Shown here: one piece after another, positions 60,712-64,000 of the stretch
Position numbering within the stretch: position 1 is the first letter of the stretch
Layout: every line of letters begins with the position of its first letter
NCBI RefSeq assembly: GCF_032444005.1
Contig: NC_091283.1
Coordinates: 823,174,001 to 823,238,000, forward strand
DNA from: Ranitomeya imitator
Lineage: Eukaryota
Reading direction: 5' to 3'
Length of the DNA stretch: 64,000 nt
Program-made: the position numbers and the translations under genes
The notes under the pieces: generated by a model
What the model was told of the DNA's origin: nothing
Seen by the model: the letters and a program-made list of their open reading frames with translations, nothing else
Databases searched by the model: none

Positions 60712-61118
60712 TCTCACATGACTGGGACAGAATAGTTTACACACAAAGAAAATGGTGAAGGGTTTTTGTTTTTTAAATTTAATAGCGGCTAGATCTTAAA
60801 AACAATGAGGAACTGGACAATTGTAGAGCCCTCTTTTTTTGTTTTTTTGTTTTTGTTTTGTATAAAACAAACAAAACTTGCTTTATCCTGTGCCCTGAAC
60901 ATTTTTGTAAGCGGAGAGTCACTGCTGTAGTTTTGGCAGGCAACAGTGAATGGCAGAGCCAACCAGGTGGCAGGGTGGTGTTGGGCAGGAGCTGGGTGGG
61001 TGCCGATGTTAGAGCTGAAATTTCGACATTCACTTTGATATATATCTAATAGACAGGATATTGCAGGAAGCGTGTAGCTGGGGATTGGTTATTATAACTT
61101 TCTCTCCTCTTGTTGCAG

Positions 61119-61347
61119 ACCCGCATGCAGAGCCTACAGCCTGATCCCGCCGCACGCTACCGCAACGTCATGGAGGCCTTATCCAAAATCATCCGCACCG
61201 AAGGATTCTGGAGGCCGATGCGAGGAATGAATGTTACAGCCACAGGCGCCGGCCCGGCCCACGCTCTCTATTTTGCCTGCTACGAAAAACTAAAAAAGAC
61301 TTTGAGTGATGTTATCCGCCCCGGGGGGAATAGCCATATAGCTAATG
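61119..61347 (+). CDS. SLC25A28: Mitoferrin-2 exon 2 ([17 protein letters not shown]...[34 protein letters not shown])
   Basis: Acceptor tctcctcttgttgcag, donor G|GTATTG; 229 nt; near-identical to recalled human SLC25A28; exon 3 (GAAGCVATLLHD) not found inside the window. Confidence 0.95.
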
Positions 61348-62371
61348 GTATTGATGATTCCTGTCCAACATAATGCTCAGCGGTTGTGCTTTTTTTTTTT
61401 TTCCCATTTTTTTTTTTTTTCCTAAAATTTGTATCCCTGTAACTGGAGACTTTGTACAGAGGATCTCACGGTGCACTCTCAGGGAGTAAGACCCTAAAAA
61501 GATAAAACTCTCTGCAACTTTCCGTAATCCGTGCCACGTAGCCTATCCTGCCCTATTAGTCGTAGTAGGAGTTGTCCGTTATGTAGTTGAGCCGTGGAAG
61601 TGGAACACCGGTTAATTTTTCTTCTTGAGTGTGTCCAAAGTTCACGTGGCCAAGTGTCTTATGAACATTAACCCCCCCGGGTGGTGTAATCACAAGACTG
61701 TCGTGTTGTAAGGAGCTGCAGCGAGCTCAGAGGTCGATCAATGACGATATTGTTCCTTCGACGCTCACGCTGATGTGACTTTGCTGCTGCACAGGATCCG
61801 TCAGCGGCACCAGGCGGAGGGCGCTCACATACACGGCTCCGCATAGCTGCTCTGACTGTGTTCTGCAGAGCGGTGCTGTGGCATGAGACATGGACGTGTG
61901 TGGGCGCTGGTCATCGGTCACCCTGCTCGTTGTAATGGCGCACGAGTCCATGCCGGAGTGCATCTTCTTTCTGTGTCACATAAGGGTCCCAGGTTTCAGG
62001 AAAAAGTTAAAAAATAATTAACCAGGAAATGTAGCGTTTTATAGTAGGGATTTGGGAGACTTGAATTTGTTTTATTGCAAAAGGAGTTTTGCAAGAAAAG
62101 TGTTTTTTGTCCCCATCGTCTGTTAAAAAAAACCCACTCTGACATACTCACCCTCTGCTGCTCCCAGTCATTGGCCTGCCGTGTGTCGGAGCGGCGTGGG
62201 GTGAGTGTAACGGAGTTTCTTTTTTTTTTTTCTTTTTTTTTCATCTGGAATATAAAAACGCATTTTCTTGGAAAACTCTTTAGTGTATGTTCACCTTTGA
62301 GATTCATCATGGACTTGATATCAAGTTAGAATTTTCTATGCTCTATCCCAGGGGTTCTGAGTGGATAGTAA

Positions 62372-62680
62372 TAGTGATGAGCGAGTGTACTCGTTGCTCG
62401 GGTTTTCCCGAGCACGCTCGGGTGATCTCCGAGTATTTGACTGTGTGGAGATTTAGTTTTCCTCCCAGCAGCTAGATGATTTGCGACTGTTAGACATTTT
62501 GATTACATGTGGGGATTCCCTAGCAACCAGGCAACCCCCACATGTACTCAGCCTGGCTAGTAGCTGTAAATCATTCAGCTGCAGTGATGAAAACTAAATT
62601 TCTGAACACTAACAAATACTCGGAGATCTCCCGAGCGTGCTGGGGAAAACCCGAGCAGCGAGTATACTCGCTCATCACTA
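62372..62680. mobile_element. hAT-type MITE in SLC25A28 intron 2
   Basis: TSD GATAGTAA / GATAGTAT (7 of 8 match); CTCGCTCATCACTA terminus. Confidence 0.85.
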
Positions 62681-64000
62681 GATAGTATGCGTTGTGAATC
62701 TGTTCTTGATTCAGTGGGGTATAAGGGCACTCCTGCTTGACCCCAAATGTTAGTTTCCTTTTTTAAACACTGCTTTTCTTACTTAACCTGTACTGACTGG
62801 TAGTGACATCATGTCTTACAGGGGGGCTCCTGTTGTAAAGTGATGGCGTATGATAGCACTAATTTTGGCTGCTCCTGGCAGGGTGGCTGCTGTATGGAGT
62901 AATGGCTTCTGTTTGGGGTACTGCAGCCAACCCTGTTCATGCAGTTACTGTGCAAGAAAGAAAGTGTCACAGCGTCTTTATTTTCAGGTTATGTGGTTCT
63001 AGCGGTCAATTACAACCAATAATGTGATAGTTATCCTAGTGCTGTACTATGGCGGGGGTCCACCTTACAGGACCCTCTCTTCGGCTGTATCTTTGATTGC
63101 TAAGTTTCTCCTCCAGCAGCAGAAATGTCTATGCAGGCAGGGGCAGACCACATCAGAGCTGGTGTCCGGTCAAGGGTTTTTTTTTTCCCACCATAGGTGA
63201 TGAAATCCTATCTATTGGAAAGGTGATAAATGTTTGGTTGCTGGGAACCCACAGATCCCTTTATGGGGATAGCCTTTATCATTGTGAATGGAGGATCAGC
63301 AAGCACGCACCTCTATGTTCCACTTCAGCATGTATAGGGCCATTGGCCTCCGGCTTAGTGATCTGTCGGACCCCCAGCTATGATCATTGCTGGATAAATG
63401 ATTAGTATAATTGGTAGTAAGAATCTGAATAACTGACCATTTTCGATCAACCAGTACTAAGGAAATGCTGGAGTATCTGGGTGTGAGTGCAGGGGTAAGT
63501 GGGAATGTCAGGGGGATATGTATTCCTATTATTGATATTTAGGGGTGCATGGCCCATTAATGAGGATTGTGGAAATATTGGAGGGTATTTGAGCCTCTGC
63601 ATTTCTGAAACTAAATCTACAGAGTGATTTGCTGCCTTAGATTTTCTGCCATTTAGGGGGTCTGCCGCAGAGATCTTTGTACACTCTGCTGTTGTTGCAT
63701 GCTACATTGCATGCACTATATGGCGGCTATAGGGCCTATAGATCCCTCATATCGTTCCACTCAGCTGCCGTGTTCTAGCAGTGCCGCACTATTTTACTGC
63801 ATGCATGTTCTGGAAGATGTAATATTTAGTCTTAATGCAGGAAGAAAACAGTGCTGTCCGTAAATGTCTTATCGTCGAATTCTGTAATTGTATAGAGAAC
63901 AGGACATGATGGCACTCCCCATCAGTGCGAGACAAGTAAGGCAACGTTGGAGCTTTCTGGGCGCTGCTCACATCACGTTCTAGGTCTGCGGTGCCAAATA

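Noticed and set aside
61740-61860. Possible C/D-box snoRNA (ATGACGA...CTGA)
   Set aside because: Non-consensus C box, no convincing terminal stem and no recognisable antisense element
62882-62940. SLC25A28 exon 3
   Set aside because: No frame gives GAAGCVATLLHDAAMNPAE; the true exon 3 must lie beyond 64000

Overview
Vertebrate genomic DNA, most likely from a frog (inferred from the repeat families), with two N-gaps. Three host genes can be reconstructed by reading splice sites. ATP6V0E2-like (+, 3 coding exons, 81 aa). ENTPD7 (-, 12 coding exons, 610 aa, complete CDS). SLC25A28/mitoferrin-2 (+, exons 1-2 only; the rest lies beyond the window). ENTPD7 and SLC25A28 are divergent, and the ~22 kb between them is almost entirely nested DNA transposons. 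One nest is a Harbinger-type MITE holding a 4.3-kb non-autonomous piggyBac-like element and, sharing one TTAA with it, a complete 2.87-kb piggyBac. That piggyBac has an uninterrupted transposase ORF and a predicted 77-nt intron (625 aa spliced). A second nest runs CR1 fossil > Tc1 (340-aa DD34E ORF intact once the insert is removed) > 5.5-kb piggyBac-like element > MITEs. Both non-autonomous piggyBac-like elements carry ~390-bp tandem subrepeats followed by telomere-like (CCCTAA/CCCTAG)n tracts. Introns contain many minisatellites, and the long ORFs over them are artefacts. All family names and homology calls come from recalled sequences and motifs, not from database searches. The most promising leads are the intron-bearing intact piggyBac, the transposon-borne telomeric repeats, and chains of elements that share target-site duplications.
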